DNA of 64,000 nt from IMG/VR virus record IMGVR_UViG_3300031746_002572. One strand, written 5' to 3'. Both the position numbers and the translations under genes were made by a program. The stretch's first letter is position 1; each line of letters starts with the position of its first letter. The DNA is from an uncultured virus (IMG/VR IMGVR_UViG_3300031746_002572). Taxonomy: Duplodnaviria > Heunggongvirae > Uroviricota > Caudoviricetes. This document shows positions 18,055-27,952 of this stretch, one piece after another. The notes below the pieces were generated by a model. The model was not told the DNA's origin and did no database searches. It saw only the letters and a list, made by a program, of their open reading frames with translations.

Positions 18055-19092
18055 ATGGCCGATCCAATTAAAAGAACACGATCTAGTTGTTTTGCTACTT
18101 GCGACCCAAATGATAAGGAATATTGTAATCATCCCACAGAAGGTAAGTGTCAGGCTTATGATAAATGTGCAAAGGCGAAAACAATAGCGATAGAAAAACT
18201 TGGGTCAAATGGTTCTAAACGATATGTAGATATGACAGAAAAAGAACAATTAACTATTGAAGCTTTATTAATAGATAAAGGAGATAGAGAAAGAAAAGTA
18301 GAAACGTCTGTAGAATCTACTCCTTCTAATAGTGCCGCAATAGACGATATTGAGGCGCAAATATCAAAGGAATTAAATCAATCTTTAGATGTGTCTTCGC
18401 CTATTGTTCCTGTTATTCCTCAAGAAACAGAAATGGCTCCTAGACGAGGTAGAAAACCAAAACGAATATCTATTATTAAGCAAGAAGAAAAAGCAAAGGA
18501 ACAGTCAGAAATCGCCAGTACTTCTGTGGCAATTGTAAATGATGACGTAATAAAAAAAGCCGATCCTCCGTATATTATGGATGAAAAAATTATGGGAGAG
18601 GTGATTTGCAGTAATTTTTATATTCTTTTTCACCCTATTTTTAAAGCTATATTACCTGATTTTTTTGCTAATAAGATTAAAATAAATGTAATATCTCCAT
18701 ATAAGGCCGAACTTCTTATTAAAACTATAAACGTGCATAATGATATGCTTACGCGAGTTGGATATGCTGAAATAGATGGTGTTAATGTTAATCTTTTTGT
18801 ACCTGTTAATATAGTGGATAAAGATATGTGCTATGCGTCTGAAAATTGTGTTCATGTTATTACGGCTAAAAATGTAGACCAAGGTATTAATTTGATCGTA
18901 TTTTGCATGAATTCTATTTTGAAATATTTGAATTTTTTAAATTCTTTGCCTATTATAGATAATACAAAGAATTCTACAATTAATCCACAGGATGATGTAA
19001 TAGATGATGAAAAACAAAAAGTTATTTTTAAAAGGAAGAGAGGAAGGCCAGCTAATAAGGCAAGCAAAAGGGGGCGACCTAAAAAGGTATGA
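18055..19092 (+). CDS. Hypothetical protein with Cys-rich N-terminus and AT-hook-like motifs
   Basis: PRRGRKPK, KRGRPANK, KRGRPKK. Confidence 0.6.
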   Translation: MADPIKRTRSSCFATCDPNDKEYCNHPTEGKCQAYDKCAKAKTIAIEKLGSNGSKRYVDMTEKEQLTIEALLIDKGDRERKVETSVESTPSNSAAIDDIEAQISKELNQSLDVSSPIVPVIPQETEMAPRRGRKPKRISIIKQEEKAKEQSEIASTSVAIVNDDVIKKADPPYIMDEKIMGEVICSNFYILFHPIFKAILPDFFANKIKINVISPYKAELLIKTINVHNDMLTRVGYAEIDGVNVNLFVPVNIVDKDMCYASENCVHVITAKNVDQGINLIVFCMNSILKYLNFLNSLPIIDNTKNSTINPQDDVIDDEKQKVIFKRKRGRPANKASKRGRPKKV

Positions 19093-19316
19093 TTGTAGAT
19101 TTTAAATGTGAAAAATGCGGGTATATTGAAGAAGAGTATTATTCTTTGTCTTCTCAAGTGCCTACATATAAAAAATGTAAATGTGGCGAAGGTATGAAAC
19201 GTCTTTTTGGAGGATTTAAAGTAAGGATGGGGGCTGAAATTAGTGGTTATGAAAAAGAAAATGAAGGTAAATTAACTCTTGGTAAAGCTGTTGATATGAA
19301 ACAAAGATGGGTTTAA
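19089..19316 (+). CDS. FmdB-type zinc-ribbon protein
   Basis: DFKCEKCG...CKCGEGMKRLF. Confidence 0.7.
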   Translation: MIVDFKCEKCGYIEEEYYSLSSQVPTYKKCKCGEGMKRLFGGFKVRMGAEISGYEKENEGKLTLGKAVDMKQRWV

Positions 19317-19337
19317 ATTTTATTTAAAGGAGTCATT

Positions 19338-19805
19338 ATGTCCAAAGAAATGAATTATTATAAATTTATTTTTTCTAGTGGTACTGTTGATATAGCGGGT
19401 AAAAACTTGGTATCTAGCGCAGAAAAAGAAGTAGAAAGAATACGTTTAAATAAATTAAATAAAATAGGGATTTCAGAAATTTCAGAAGAAGAAATAGAGT
19501 TAATAAAGAAAAATATGACTTCTAAAAGACAAGCGGAAAAGGATTTATTGCTTACACTTGCTAGTCTTGTGGTAAAATCAGATGATGGAAAAGGATTAGC
19601 AAGGTTTAATAAATTAGCTGATTTATCGCAACGTATAGATTCTTCAGAAGATTGGGTTGAAATAGAAGCAGAAGAATTGGAATGGCTTAAAAAAGCATTT
19701 GAATCAGGACATAAAGATCGCCCGATGTGGTGGTGGAGATGTATTGAAATATTAAAACAGTTAGAAGAACCAATTAAAATTGATAATATTTCTAAAACGT
19801 CTTAA
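19338..19805 (+). CDS. Hypothetical protein
   Basis: SD AAGGAG. Confidence 0.7.
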   Translation: MSKEMNYYKFIFSSGTVDIAGKNLVSSAEKEVERIRLNKLNKIGISEISEEEIELIKKNMTSKRQAEKDLLLTLASLVVKSDDGKGLARFNKLADLSQRIDSSEDWVEIEAEELEWLKKAFESGHKDRPMWWWRCIEILKQLEEPIKIDNISKTS

Positions 19806-19820
19806 TATTTTAAATTTTGT

Positions 19821-19856
19821 ATCGTAGCGGGAATTTATATCCCGCTACGATTTTAA
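19821..19856 (+). terminator. Intrinsic terminator-like hairpin
   Basis: ATCGTAGCGGGA-7nt-TCCCGCTACGAT then T-rich sequence. Confidence 0.65.
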
Positions 19857-19868
19857 ATTCTTTTTTAT

Positions 19869-22800
19869 ATGATTTCTAAATCTTTTAAAGAAATATCAAG
19901 ATATTTACAGGCTCTAGGAAAATTAATAAAAACAGAAAGTAATACTTATATTTATACGGATAGATATGGTATTATAGCGCATCTAAAAGATTCTATATTC
20001 GATCAAATACCAGTATTAGTTTCTGTAATTGAAGATAAAATAAGTGATGTATGGTTATATGGTGTTAGTCATAATGATGGTATTATCTACGTACAGACAT
20101 TAAAAAATATTAGAAATTTTGCGAAATCAGATAAGGTTAATGACTGTTATTTATATGATAAGTCTAAATTTGTAGATATAAAGAAAATAGAACCTAATCA
20201 ATGGGCTAATAAATTTATACATCTGCATAATCACCAACAATATTCCTCTCTTGATGGAATAGGAAAAGCAGAAGATTATGCTAGACGTGCAAAACAATTA
20301 GATATACCTGTATTAGCTATTACCGATCATGGTAATATGGCAGGTATTATTGAATTTTATAAAGCTTGTAAAAACTATGGAATAAAACCAATCATAGGCC
20401 AAGAATTTTATTTAGATGAGAAAATGAGTGAAAAGGGATTACCTGACGATTTTAAGAAATCTATTAAAAAAGAAAAAAATAAAAAAGAGATTACGAAATT
20501 ATACGAGAAAGAACATAGAATTAATTTAAGACGACATCTGTGTTTATTTGCTAAAAATGATGAAGGGTTGCACAATCTATATAAATTGTCTTCTATCGCC
20601 TATTCAGAAGGCTTTTATTATAGACCTAGAATTGATTGGGATGTATTACAGAGGCATAGTAGTGGAATTGTGGCTTCTACGGCATGTATGGGAGGTATTC
20701 TATGTGCAGAAACAGATATTAAACAGAGACTTGATAATTTAAGAAAATTGGTTAAGATATTTGGCCGCGATAATTTATTTCTTGAAACCATGCTTATTGA
20801 ATACGAACAACAACCTAATTGTAATGATATGATTTTTGAGTTAAGTGAAAAATATAATATACCTGCTATTTTAACTGTTGACGCTCATTTTGTTGATCCT
20901 GATGTAGATCATCTTCATCATATTTATATGAAAATAGGCAGTGGGTTTACTTATGGTGAAGGTGATAATTATTTAAAGATTTATCCTGAATTAAAGGCTA
21001 CATATCATAAATTGTATTCTAAATGTAAATATGGATGGCAATATTATGAAAAAGCGATTCAAAATAATTTTAAATTAGCGGATTTATGCAATGTAGAGCT
21101 TGAATTAGGAAAATTTAGACTTCCTAGTGTTGATTTGAAAACAATGAAAGACTATAAAGAAAACGACACAGAAACCATCTATTTTAAACGTAGAATAATG
21201 CAAGGTTGGAAAGAAAAAATTACGAATATAATTTCTGTAGATAAACAAGAAATTTATAAAAAACAATTAATACACGAAATAGACGTAATAATAAATGCTG
21301 GATATGTAGGGTATATGTTAATTGTTTTAGATGCTATAGATTGGTGTCATCAGAATAATATTATGGACAATGTTAGGGGATCGGCAGCGGCAAGTATTGT
21401 GTGCTATTTACTAGGCATAACTAGAGTGGATTCTATTAAAAGAGAATTATTGTTTGAAAGATTTATTAGTGCTGCGCGTACAGGCGATATAGACACATCT
21501 TATAAGTCGTTTCCTGATATAGATTTAGACGTAACTCACAGAGATTTATTAATTAAATATTTCGAGAATAAATACGGTAAAGATAGGGTAGCTAGAATAG
21601 GTACATATAATCGGATGCAGATTAGACAGGCTATTAAAGAAATAGCTATTGTAACTGAATTTATGACTAAAGAAGAAGCAAATAAATTAACGACTAAATT
21701 ACCCAATCAGGCTACGGATTTAGAAAAGGCATTAGAAATAGAAGAATTTAAAAAATGGTATAATTTGGAAAAGAATAAGGAATGGTTTGATAAATATGTA
21801 GAACCTTTATTAGACACGGTTGGGCATGGAGGTATTCATGCTTCTGGAATTGTTATCACACCAGGACCTTTAAGTGATTATATGCCTATTAAAGTACAGG
21901 AACGTAAAAAAGAAGAGGATTATGATGAAGATGAAAAAAGACTTACAGTAACTCAATTTGATGGTGATGCTGTCGAAGCTATAGGTTTTTTAAAGTTGGA
22001 TATTTTAACTGTAACGACATTGGAAAGTTTATCTGAATCAAAAAAATTAATAGAACAACGGCATAATAGGATATTTGAATTTGATAAAATAGATATTGAT
22101 AACCCTAAAATATATGACGGTTTTGTTAATGGCGATACAATGGGAATATTTCAATTAGATACTCCTGTTTCGACTAGATTAGTTAAAGAAAGCAAACCTA
22201 CTAATTTTTTTGAATTGATGGTAACGATAGCTTTATCGCGGCCTGGTACTGCGGGGCCTGGGCTAGATATGGAATATTGTTTAAGAAAGAAAGGAAAACC
22301 ATTTGAATATGACCATCCTTTATTAAAACCTATTTTAAATAATACATTTTCTATACCATGTTTTCAGGAACAGATTATGAAAATTGTTCATATTATTGGT
22401 GGTTTAACTTTAATAGAAGCAGATAAATTAAGAACAGTGATGAAGAAGAAAGATCATAAAGAAATGGCGAGTTATCAGGAAAGGTTTATTAAAGGTGCGT
22501 TAGAACGCGGCTGTAAAGATAGAAATGATGCAATGAGTATTTGGAATAAAATTAGTTCGTGGAGTAAATATGGATTTAACTCTGCGCATAGTGCATCATA
22601 TTCTCAAGTTTCTGCTTGGTGTATGGTATTAAAAAAATATTTTCCATTGGAATTTTATATGGGCGTATTATTTGCGTATTCAGATGATAAAGATTATTTA
22701 AAATTGGTTTATAAGGATTTGAAAAAACATAATATTGCCGTATGTTTGCCTAATGTGAATAAAGGTAAAAATGAATTTTATATAAATGATAATGAAATCG

Positions 22801-23471
22801 TGTGGGCGTTGAGTTCGTGTAAATACGTTGGAGAGATAGATGCTAAAAAAATAGGTGAATGCGGGCCTTATAAAAGTATTGCAGATTTATTGGAAAAGAC
22901 AGAAAAGGTCGATGGAAAGAAAATAAACAAGCGGTGTATGGATGCTTTAATATGCGTGGGGGCATTTAAAGATATTTATATATATCCAAAAAATGCAGCC
23001 ATAGACTATTATGTGCATTGTAGAAAAGAATCATTACCTTCACAATTTGATATTGAGGACAATAAATATTGGGAATCCGTTTTTATGAGATATATGGGTT
23101 TTTATTCTGTAGACCCTATGATTACATACGCAGATACATTAAAACCTTATGGTAAAATAGATTCTTATGAAGAATTTTCAACTATCGAGTGTTTGCAAGA
23201 TGTTAAAATAGCAGGATTTATTACTTTTATAAAGAAAATAGAATCAAAACGGGGGCCAATGTGTATTCTTAGATTAGAAGTAGAAGGGGAGGATGTATCT
23301 ATTGTGGCTTGGAATAGTTTTTATTCCAAACATCAAATAAGTCAAATGGATTCGGATGATTTAATGGGTAAGTTTTGCTATGTATTTGGACAAAAAGATT
23401 TAGACCCGCAGGGAAAAGTACAGGTGCAATTAAGTGATGTTAAAGAGGAAAAATTAGAATTTTTAAATTAA
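19869..23471 (+). CDS. dnaE: DNA polymerase III alpha subunit with PHP domain and ~110 aa N-terminal extension
   Basis: HLHNHQQYSSLDG, AITDHG, RGSAAAS, PDIDLD, GIHASG, KLDIL, YGFNSAHS. Confidence 0.96.
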   Translation: MISKSFKEISRYLQALGKLIKTESNTYIYTDRYGIIAHLKDSIFDQIPVLVSVIEDKISDVWLYGVSHNDGIIYVQTLKNIRNFAKSDKVNDCYLYDKSKFVDIKKIEPNQWANKFIHLHNHQQYSSLDGIGKAEDYARRAKQLDIPVLAITDHGNMAGIIEFYKACKNYGIKPIIGQEFYLDEKMSEKGLPDDFKKSIKKEKNKKEITKLYEKEHRINLRRHLCLFAKNDEGLHNLYKLSSIAYSEGFYYRPRIDWDVLQRHSSGIVASTACMGGILCAETDIKQRLDNLRKLVKIFGRDNLFLETMLIEYEQQPNCNDMIFELSEKYNIPAILTVDAHFVDPDVDHLHHIYMKIGSGFTYGEGDNYLKIYPELKATYHKLYSKCKYGWQYYEKAIQNNFKLADLCNVELELGKFRLPSVDLKTMKDYKENDTETIYFKRRIMQGWKEKITNIISVDKQEIYKKQLIHEIDVIINAGYVGYMLIVLDAIDWCHQNNIMDNVRGSAAASIVCYLLGITRVDSIKRELLFERFISAARTGDIDTSYKSFPDIDLDVTHRDLLIKYFENKYGKDRVARIGTYNRMQIRQAIKEIAIVTEFMTKEEANKLTTKLPNQATDLEKALEIEEFKKWYNLEKNKEWFDKYVEPLLDTVGHGGIHASGIVITPGPLSDYMPIKVQERKKEEDYDEDEKRLTVTQFDGDAVEAIGFLKLDILTVTTLESLSESKKLIEQRHNRIFEFDKIDIDNPKIYDGFVNGDTMGIFQLDTPVSTRLVKESKPTNFFELMVTIALSRPGTAGPGLDMEYCLRKKGKPFEYDHPLLKPILNNTFSIPCFQEQIMKIVHIIGGLTLIEADKLRTVMKKKDHKEMASYQERFIKGALERGCKDRNDAMSIWNKISSWSKYGFNSAHSASYSQVSAWCMVLKKYFPLEFYMGVLFAYSDDKDYLKLVYKDLKKHNIAVCLPNVNKGKNEFYINDNEIVWALSSCKYVGEIDAKKIGECGPYKSIADLLEKTEKVDGKKINKRCMDALICVGAFKDIYIYPKNAAIDYYVHCRKESLPSQFDIEDNKYWESVFMRYMGFYSVDPMITYADTLKPYGKIDSYEEFSTIECLQDVKIAGFITFIKKIESKRGPMCILRLEVEGEDVSIVAWNSFYSKHQISQMDSDDLMGKFCYVFGQKDLDPQGKVQVQLSDVKEEKLEFLN

Positions 23472-23481
23472 AGGAGGATTT

Positions 23482-23739
23482 ATGGATCATTGTGGTAACT
23501 CTGATTGTGATTGCAACTTTGTGGGAACTAGGGAATATCATTTAGGCGTGATGTTTGATCAGCATTGGAATAATTTATTCAAATTGCGTTATAAAAATGA
23601 ATTAGAAAAATATGCGGATTCTTATAGATTAAATAACGATGATAAACATTATGTTGTTTCTAATTTAGAACCCATAATTAAAGAAATCGCGTTTTTATTT
23701 TATAAAAATGGATTTGAAGATGGTGAATTACCGGATTAA
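23482..23739 (+). CDS. Hypothetical protein
   Basis: SD AAGGAGG. Confidence 0.65.
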   Translation: MDHCGNSDCDCNFVGTREYHLGVMFDQHWNNLFKLRYKNELEKYADSYRLNNDDKHYVVSNLEPIIKEIAFLFYKNGFEDGELPD

Positions 23740-23744
23740 ATATT

Positions 23745-24014
23745 ATGATCTATGTGGATTGGATACAAAAATGTGATAGGAATAATATATGGAATTATGA
23801 TCAATTTTGTCATTTATATGCAGATACAAAAGAAGAATTAATTAATTTTGCTGTTAAAATTGGATTGAAACCAGAATGGTTGCAGAAAAGTAATTTCGAT
23901 ATTTATCATTTTGATTTAACTATAAATAAACGGAATAATGCTATTGCGAATGGAGCATATATTTTAACACGGCAAGAATTAATAATTCTATATCGAAGGT
24001 TAAAAAGAAATTAA
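23745..24014 (+). CDS. DUF4031-like protein
   Basis: IYVD...CHLYADTKEEL..FA..IGLK.EWLQ...HFDLT. Confidence 0.75.
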   Translation: MIYVDWIQKCDRNNIWNYDQFCHLYADTKEELINFAVKIGLKPEWLQKSNFDIYHFDLTINKRNNAIANGAYILTRQELIILYRRLKRN

Positions 24015-24587
24015 ATGGCATATTTCAATTGTGATAAATGTAATCTAGGTGAATTTTCCCGTAGCGTTAGCGGGGAAGGAGATATTAATTCAGGTATATT
24101 TGTATGTGGTTTTTGCCCTGGCGAAGATGAAGAGCGTATAGGTAGCCCATTTGTAGGTAGAAGCGGAAAATTGTTGGGTTTGATTTTTGAATTATTGGAT
24201 ATAAATAGAAAACAAATATGGATTACTAATATAATTAAATGCAAAACTATTAATAATAGAAAACCAAGATTAGAAGAAATTGTAAGTTGTTCTGGATATA
24301 TAGAAAAAGAAATAGCAATGGGAAAACCTAAAGTAGTGATCGCTTTGGGTTCGGTGCCCATAAAATATTTTACTGATATTAACTCTGTTCAAGAAGCCAG
24401 AGAAAAGAAAGCGATAAAAATGATTGAAAGAGATTTCTGGGTTATACCGACTTTTCATCCAAGTTACTATTTAAGACAAGGTGTTTCTTCAGAAGTTAAA
24501 GAAGGATTAGTAAAAAAAATTCCAGAATATATCCATGATTTTGAATTATCTTTAGGATTATATAAAAAAATTGGTAATAAGATATGA
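24015..24587 (+). CDS. Uracil-DNA glycosylase, family 4
   Basis: CDKC, PGEDEE..G.PFVGRSGKLL, TNIIKC, TFHPSY. Confidence 0.9.
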   Translation: MAYFNCDKCNLGEFSRSVSGEGDINSGIFVCGFCPGEDEERIGSPFVGRSGKLLGLIFELLDINRKQIWITNIIKCKTINNRKPRLEEIVSCSGYIEKEIAMGKPKVVIALGSVPIKYFTDINSVQEAREKKAIKMIERDFWVIPTFHPSYYLRQGVSSEVKEGLVKKIPEYIHDFELSLGLYKKIGNKI

Positions 24588-24603
24588 AAAAACTGTATTT
24601 ATA
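24572..24603 (+). promoter_or_regulatory. Promoter-like motif, copy 4, pointing into array B
   Basis: TGGTAATAAG-N11-CTGTATTTATA, 15 bp before the first attC. Confidence 0.65.
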
Positions 24604-24618
24604 TATAACGGGTATAGT

Positions 24619-24733
24619 ACCTAACGATAGAACTGTGCGGAAATGAGGAGATTGTATGAAGACTGCATACGGTGATTGCAAACTAAACCTAACTTGGCCT
24701 CCAAGTTTTTTCCGTTCCAGCGACGGGTTGGGC
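24619..24733 (-). repeat. attC site B1
   Basis: - strand: GCCCAAC-CCGTC-GCTGGAACGGAA...TTCCGCACAGT-TCTATC-GTTAGGT. Confidence 0.9.
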
Positions 24734-24745
24734 AACTTCTTAAAT

Positions 24746-25135
24746 CTATACATAACCTTTTATTATTGGATGCGATGGTTTATTGTATGGAAATTTACAT
24801 TTAGGGCATATCATAAATTTATTATCAAAACCAAGCATAATTTCAATATTTTTATTCAAACATTGGGTACAGTAATATTCTCCTGTTTTTTTATTAATCA
24901 TGGTTTTTGTTTCTCTATTAAATCTGTATCTACGTTTTTTAAAATATGGATATTTAAATGATAAGTATGCAGGCAAAAATAACAGCAATAGAATTAATGT
25001 TGTTGTGGTTAATAATAATGTTAATATGGCGTAAAATTTCTTGGGAAAAGCATGATAAATTGGATTTAATAAGGAAAATACGCGATCCAGAATATAATCC
25101 AGAATACGATAAGCAATATGATTTAGAAAATCCAT
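24746..25135 (-). CDS. Cassette membrane protein with C-terminal Zn finger (paralog of 25830-26252)
   Basis: TM segment, CTQC...CPKC; SD AAGGA. Confidence 0.7.
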   Translation of the reverse strand: MDFLNHIAYRILDYILDRVFSLLNPIYHAFPKKFYAILTLLLTTTTLILLLLFLPAYLSFKYPYFKKRRYRFNRETKTMINKKTGEYYCTQCLNKNIEIMLGFDNKFMICPKCKFPYNKPSHPIIKGYV

Positions 25136-25214
25136 TGGTTGATTATTCCTTTATTTCTAAAATATTTTGGTTAATTATTATTATTATTATTTTTATTTTT
25201 TTGCATATTTAGTT

Positions 25215-25329
25215 GCTCAACGATAGAGCTGTGCGGAAATGAGGAGATTGTATGAAGACTGCATACGGTGATTGCAATTACGCCTTACGAACCTTGCGAG
25301 TAAATTCCGTGTTCAGCGACGGGTTAGAA
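25215..25329 (-). repeat. attC site B2 (variant arm)
   Basis: Same ends and length; ~25278-25313 differs from the other copies. Confidence 0.88.
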
Positions 25330-25355
25330 TGCGTCATAATTATTGAAAGGATTTT

Positions 25356-25538
25356 ATGAATTATAATATTAAATATCATAAATTATTGTCTTTGATAAAT
25401 AATAAAAATAAATTAAATAAATTTTCAACTTATGAATTAATTGTTTTAATTAAAGCAATTTCAAAATGTATGAAAAAAGATAATAAAATAAACCGAAGTA
25501 ATTTATTTAGAATTATTGATAAATTTATTACCAAATAA
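25356..25538 (+). CDS. Small cassette protein on the + strand
   Basis: SD GAAAGGA; 3' end overlaps the convergent 25503-25670. Confidence 0.5.
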   Translation: MNYNIKYHKLLSLINNKNKLNKFSTYELIVLIKAISKCMKKDNKINRSNLFRIIDKFITK

Positions 25539-25670
25539 TATGACTAATTGTTTTGCCAATTCTTCTATAGTTTTTCTTAATTCAAAATTACAAAATTTAC
25601 ATTTTGATGATTTATCTTTATTTAATAGTTTTACAATATTATTGCAATTAGGACATTTAATTTTTGTCAT
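25503..25670 (-). CDS. Cassette Zn-ribbon protein
   Basis: MTKIKCPNC...CKFC; SD AAGAAAGG. Confidence 0.65.
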   Translation of the reverse strand: MTKIKCPNCNNIVKLLNKDKSSKCKFCNFELRKTIEELAKQLVILFGNKFINNSK

Positions 25671-25709
25671 GTATTTTCCTTTCTTAAATGGTTTTAATTT
25701 AATTACACA

Positions 25710-25824
25710 TTCTAACGATAAAGCTGTGCGGAAATGAGGTAACTGCATGAAGACTACATACGGGGATTGCAAACTAAACCTAACTTGGCCGCCAAGTTTT
25801 TTCCGTTCCAGCGACGGGTTGGGC
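25710..25824 (-). repeat. attC site B3
   Basis: + strand TTCTAAC...GTTGGGC, 115 bp. Confidence 0.9.
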
Positions 25825-25829
25825 ATTCT

Positions 25830-26252
25830 TTATTTTCTTGTATATAATTTTATTATTGGATTTATTGGTTTATTATATTTTTCGTTGCATTTAGGACAAA
25901 TCATAAATTCATCGTTAGAACCAAGTATATATTCTTTATTGTCGTTTAGTAAGCAGGAATAACAATGGTATTCATTTGTTTTCTTATTAATCATAGATTT
26001 GGTTTCTCTATTAAACATATATCTTCTTTTTTTAAAATACGGAGTATCGTAAAAATATGAATAAAGCAAAAGAAATAATAGAATCAATGCTATTAGTAGG
26101 AATAGGCACATTAATACAGTTATTAATATCTTTGGGGCATGATGATATATTGCATGAAACATATAAGAAATCTTATGAAAAGTTTGTTTTATTATCATTG
26201 ACAGAATACCTATTAATAGTCCCACCAACCCTGATATTACTTGGTTTTTCAT
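25830..26252 (-). CDS. Cassette membrane protein with C-terminal Zn finger
   Basis: Shares PYFKKRRY.FNRETK.MINKKT...FMICPKC with 24746-25135; stop 5 bp from attC. Confidence 0.75.
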   Translation of the reverse strand: MKNQVISGLVGLLIGILSMIIKQTFHKISYMFHAIYHHAPKILITVLMCLFLLIALILLFLLLYSYFYDTPYFKKRRYMFNRETKSMINKKTNEYHCYSCLLNDNKEYILGSNDEFMICPKCNEKYNKPINPIIKLYTRK

Positions 26253-26274
26253 TATGGATTTGTTCTTCTAAAAT

Positions 26275-26389
26275 GCTCAACGATAGAGCTGTGCGGAAAT
26301 GAGGTGACTGCATGAAGGTTACATACGGGGATTGCAAACTAAACCTAACTTGGCCGCCAAGTTTTTTCCGTACCAGCGAAGGGTTATAC
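26275..26389 (-). repeat. attC site B4
   Basis: + strand GCTCAAC...GTTATAC. Confidence 0.9.
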
Positions 26390-26394
26390 ACCTC

Positions 26395-26790
26395 TTATTT
26401 TAATTTCCATTGTTTTTCTAATTTAATTAATTGTTTTAATAATATTGTTCGTTTTATATCATCTTGGTTTTGTTCAGGGTTACTTACTACAAATATTATT
26501 CTGAAGTATATTTCTCTTTCTTGTGGTGTCATAATATTGGATAATTCAGTCCATGCAGATGAATTTAAGATTTCATTAAATGTTTTAATATTCTCAATTT
26601 GTTTTCTAATTTTGTTAATTAATTTGATCTTATAATTTAATAATAAATTTTGTTTATCGAATTTATGTTTGATAAGGAGCAATATTAATGAAAGAACGAA
26701 AATGGATACAAGAATTAGAAGAATCTGAAACAATGACAGAATTGAAGCAAGTTCTTTCAGAAATGGAATCGTATTTAAGAAAGTCATCAT
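26395..26790 (-). CDS. Cassette membrane-anchored hypothetical protein
   Basis: N-terminal TM; stop 5 bp from attC. Confidence 0.7.
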   Translation of the reverse strand: MMTFLNTIPFLKELASILSLFQILLILVSIFVLSLILLLIKHKFDKQNLLLNYKIKLINKIRKQIENIKTFNEILNSSAWTELSNIMTPQEREIYFRIIFVVSNPEQNQDDIKRTILLKQLIKLEKQWKLK

Positions 26791-26864
26791 TGAATTTCGA
26801 TACAGATATTCAATTATGGATTATAATTGGTTTATTGGTTTTTATTTGTATTAAAATTATATAA
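26688..26864 (+). CDS. Antisense 58-aa protein with C-terminal TM (below ORF-track cutoff)
   Basis: AAGGAG SD; MKERKWIQELEE...LWIIIGLLVFICIKII; stop 3 bp before attC B5. Confidence 0.5.
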   Translation: MKERKWIQELEESETMTELKQVLSEMESYLRKSSLNFDTDIQLWIIIGLLVFICIKII

Positions 26865-26867
26865 GGT

Positions 26868-26982
26868 GTATAACGATAGAGCTGTGCGGAAATGAGGTAA
26901 CTGCATGAAGGTTACATACGGGGATTGTAAACTAAACCTAACTTGGCCGCCAAGTTTTTTCCGTACCAGCGATGGGTTGGGT
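26868..26982 (-). repeat. attC site B5
   Basis: + strand GTATAAC...GTTGGGT. Confidence 0.9.
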
Positions 26983-26986
26983 GGTG

Positions 26987-27397
26987 TTATAATTTTTCAA
27001 GAATATTTTGGAATTTTTGTGTTTTGTCTTGTCCTAAATATGGCTTTAAATATTCCAATTGTTTGCTTATCATTTCTTTATGTTTGTCTGTTATTTGTTC
27101 TGTATTTTTTAAAATTGATAATATTGTAAAAGGAGTACATAATAATGCCGTGGTTATTGCTTTTATTTTTTCTTGTTCGCCCTGAATATCTTTGGCTTGC
27201 TTCTTTAATTGTATCATTGAAAAGTATTTATTGGTTAATCCAACATTCAGAAACAAAAGAAGGAATACCGCTACAAATAGAAATAAAGATGCGATTGCTA
27301 AAATGGATGAAGGATAGGAATTATTTTGGTATGCAAAATAAAATGAAATTATGGTGCATAAAAATAAAAATATAGTTATGAAATATTGTTTTTTCAT
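26987..27397 (-). CDS. Cassette protein with two TM helices
   Basis: Fills cassette end to end; ATG 8 bp after GTTGAGT. Confidence 0.75.
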   Translation of the reverse strand: MKKQYFITIFLFLCTIISFYFAYQNNSYPSSILAIASLFLFVAVFLLLFLNVGLTNKYFSMIQLKKQAKDIQGEQEKIKAITTALLCTPFTILSILKNTEQITDKHKEMISKQLEYLKPYLGQDKTQKFQNILEKL

Positions 27398-27405
27398 ATT
27401 AAACC

Positions 27406-27520
27406 ACTCAACGATAAAGCTGTGCGGAAATGAGGTGACTGCATGAAGGTTACATACGGTGATTGTAAACTAAACCTAACTTGGCCGCCAAGTTTTTTCC
27501 GTACCAGCGACGGGTTGGGC
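27406..27520 (-). repeat. attC site B6
   Basis: + strand ACTCAAC...GTTGGGC. Confidence 0.9.
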
Positions 27521-27670
27521 AACTTTTTTGTAATAAAGGATGAAAATAATATGGCATTGAGAAATAGTTTTTCTGATATATTTATGAAAAATTCAACTAT
27601 TCATTTCTTTCAGATTATTACTCCTATTTTATTGTTATTTAATATTTTGATAATGGTATTAGTTATTCTT

Positions 27671-27934
27671 TTAAAAGAAAAAGAATTGTATGATTATAAA
27701 TAATAGAGTTAAAAAAGAAATTATTAATATTATTAACGTCATCCATTTAATTGATGCTTGTATTTTAAAATTAATGTTTTCATTATTAATTTTTCTTTCA
27801 TGTAATATTTGTTTTGCAGTAATATGTCTATTATCGTGCAGAACCCATTCTGCCATAATAACTATTAATTGTTCATCCGTATAGGAATTATATGTTTTCT
27901 TTAATTCAGTTATTACTTTATTATCAATGTGCAT
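27671..27934 (-). CDS. Cassette protein with C-terminal TM
   Basis: Starts shortly after GTTGAGC of B7. Confidence 0.65.
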   Translation of the reverse strand: MHIDNKVITELKKTYNSYTDEQLIVIMAEWVLHDNRHITAKQILHERKINNENINFKIQASIKWMTLIILIISFLTLLFIIIQFFFF

Positions 27935-27952
27935 TTGATTTTAAATTGAGTT

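Noticed and set aside
19869..23471. Intein or intron in dnaE (also checked dnaB and recA)
   Set aside because: Motifs are contiguous and no splice-junction or LAGLIDADG motifs were seen; the RecA insertion is a short helical segment
24656..27703. Repeated ORFs beginning MK(T/V)(A/T)YGDCKLNLTWPPSFF, and reverse-strand PNPSLERKKLGGQVRF, as a protein family
   Set aside because: They are translations of the attC repeat; downstream frames are unrelated
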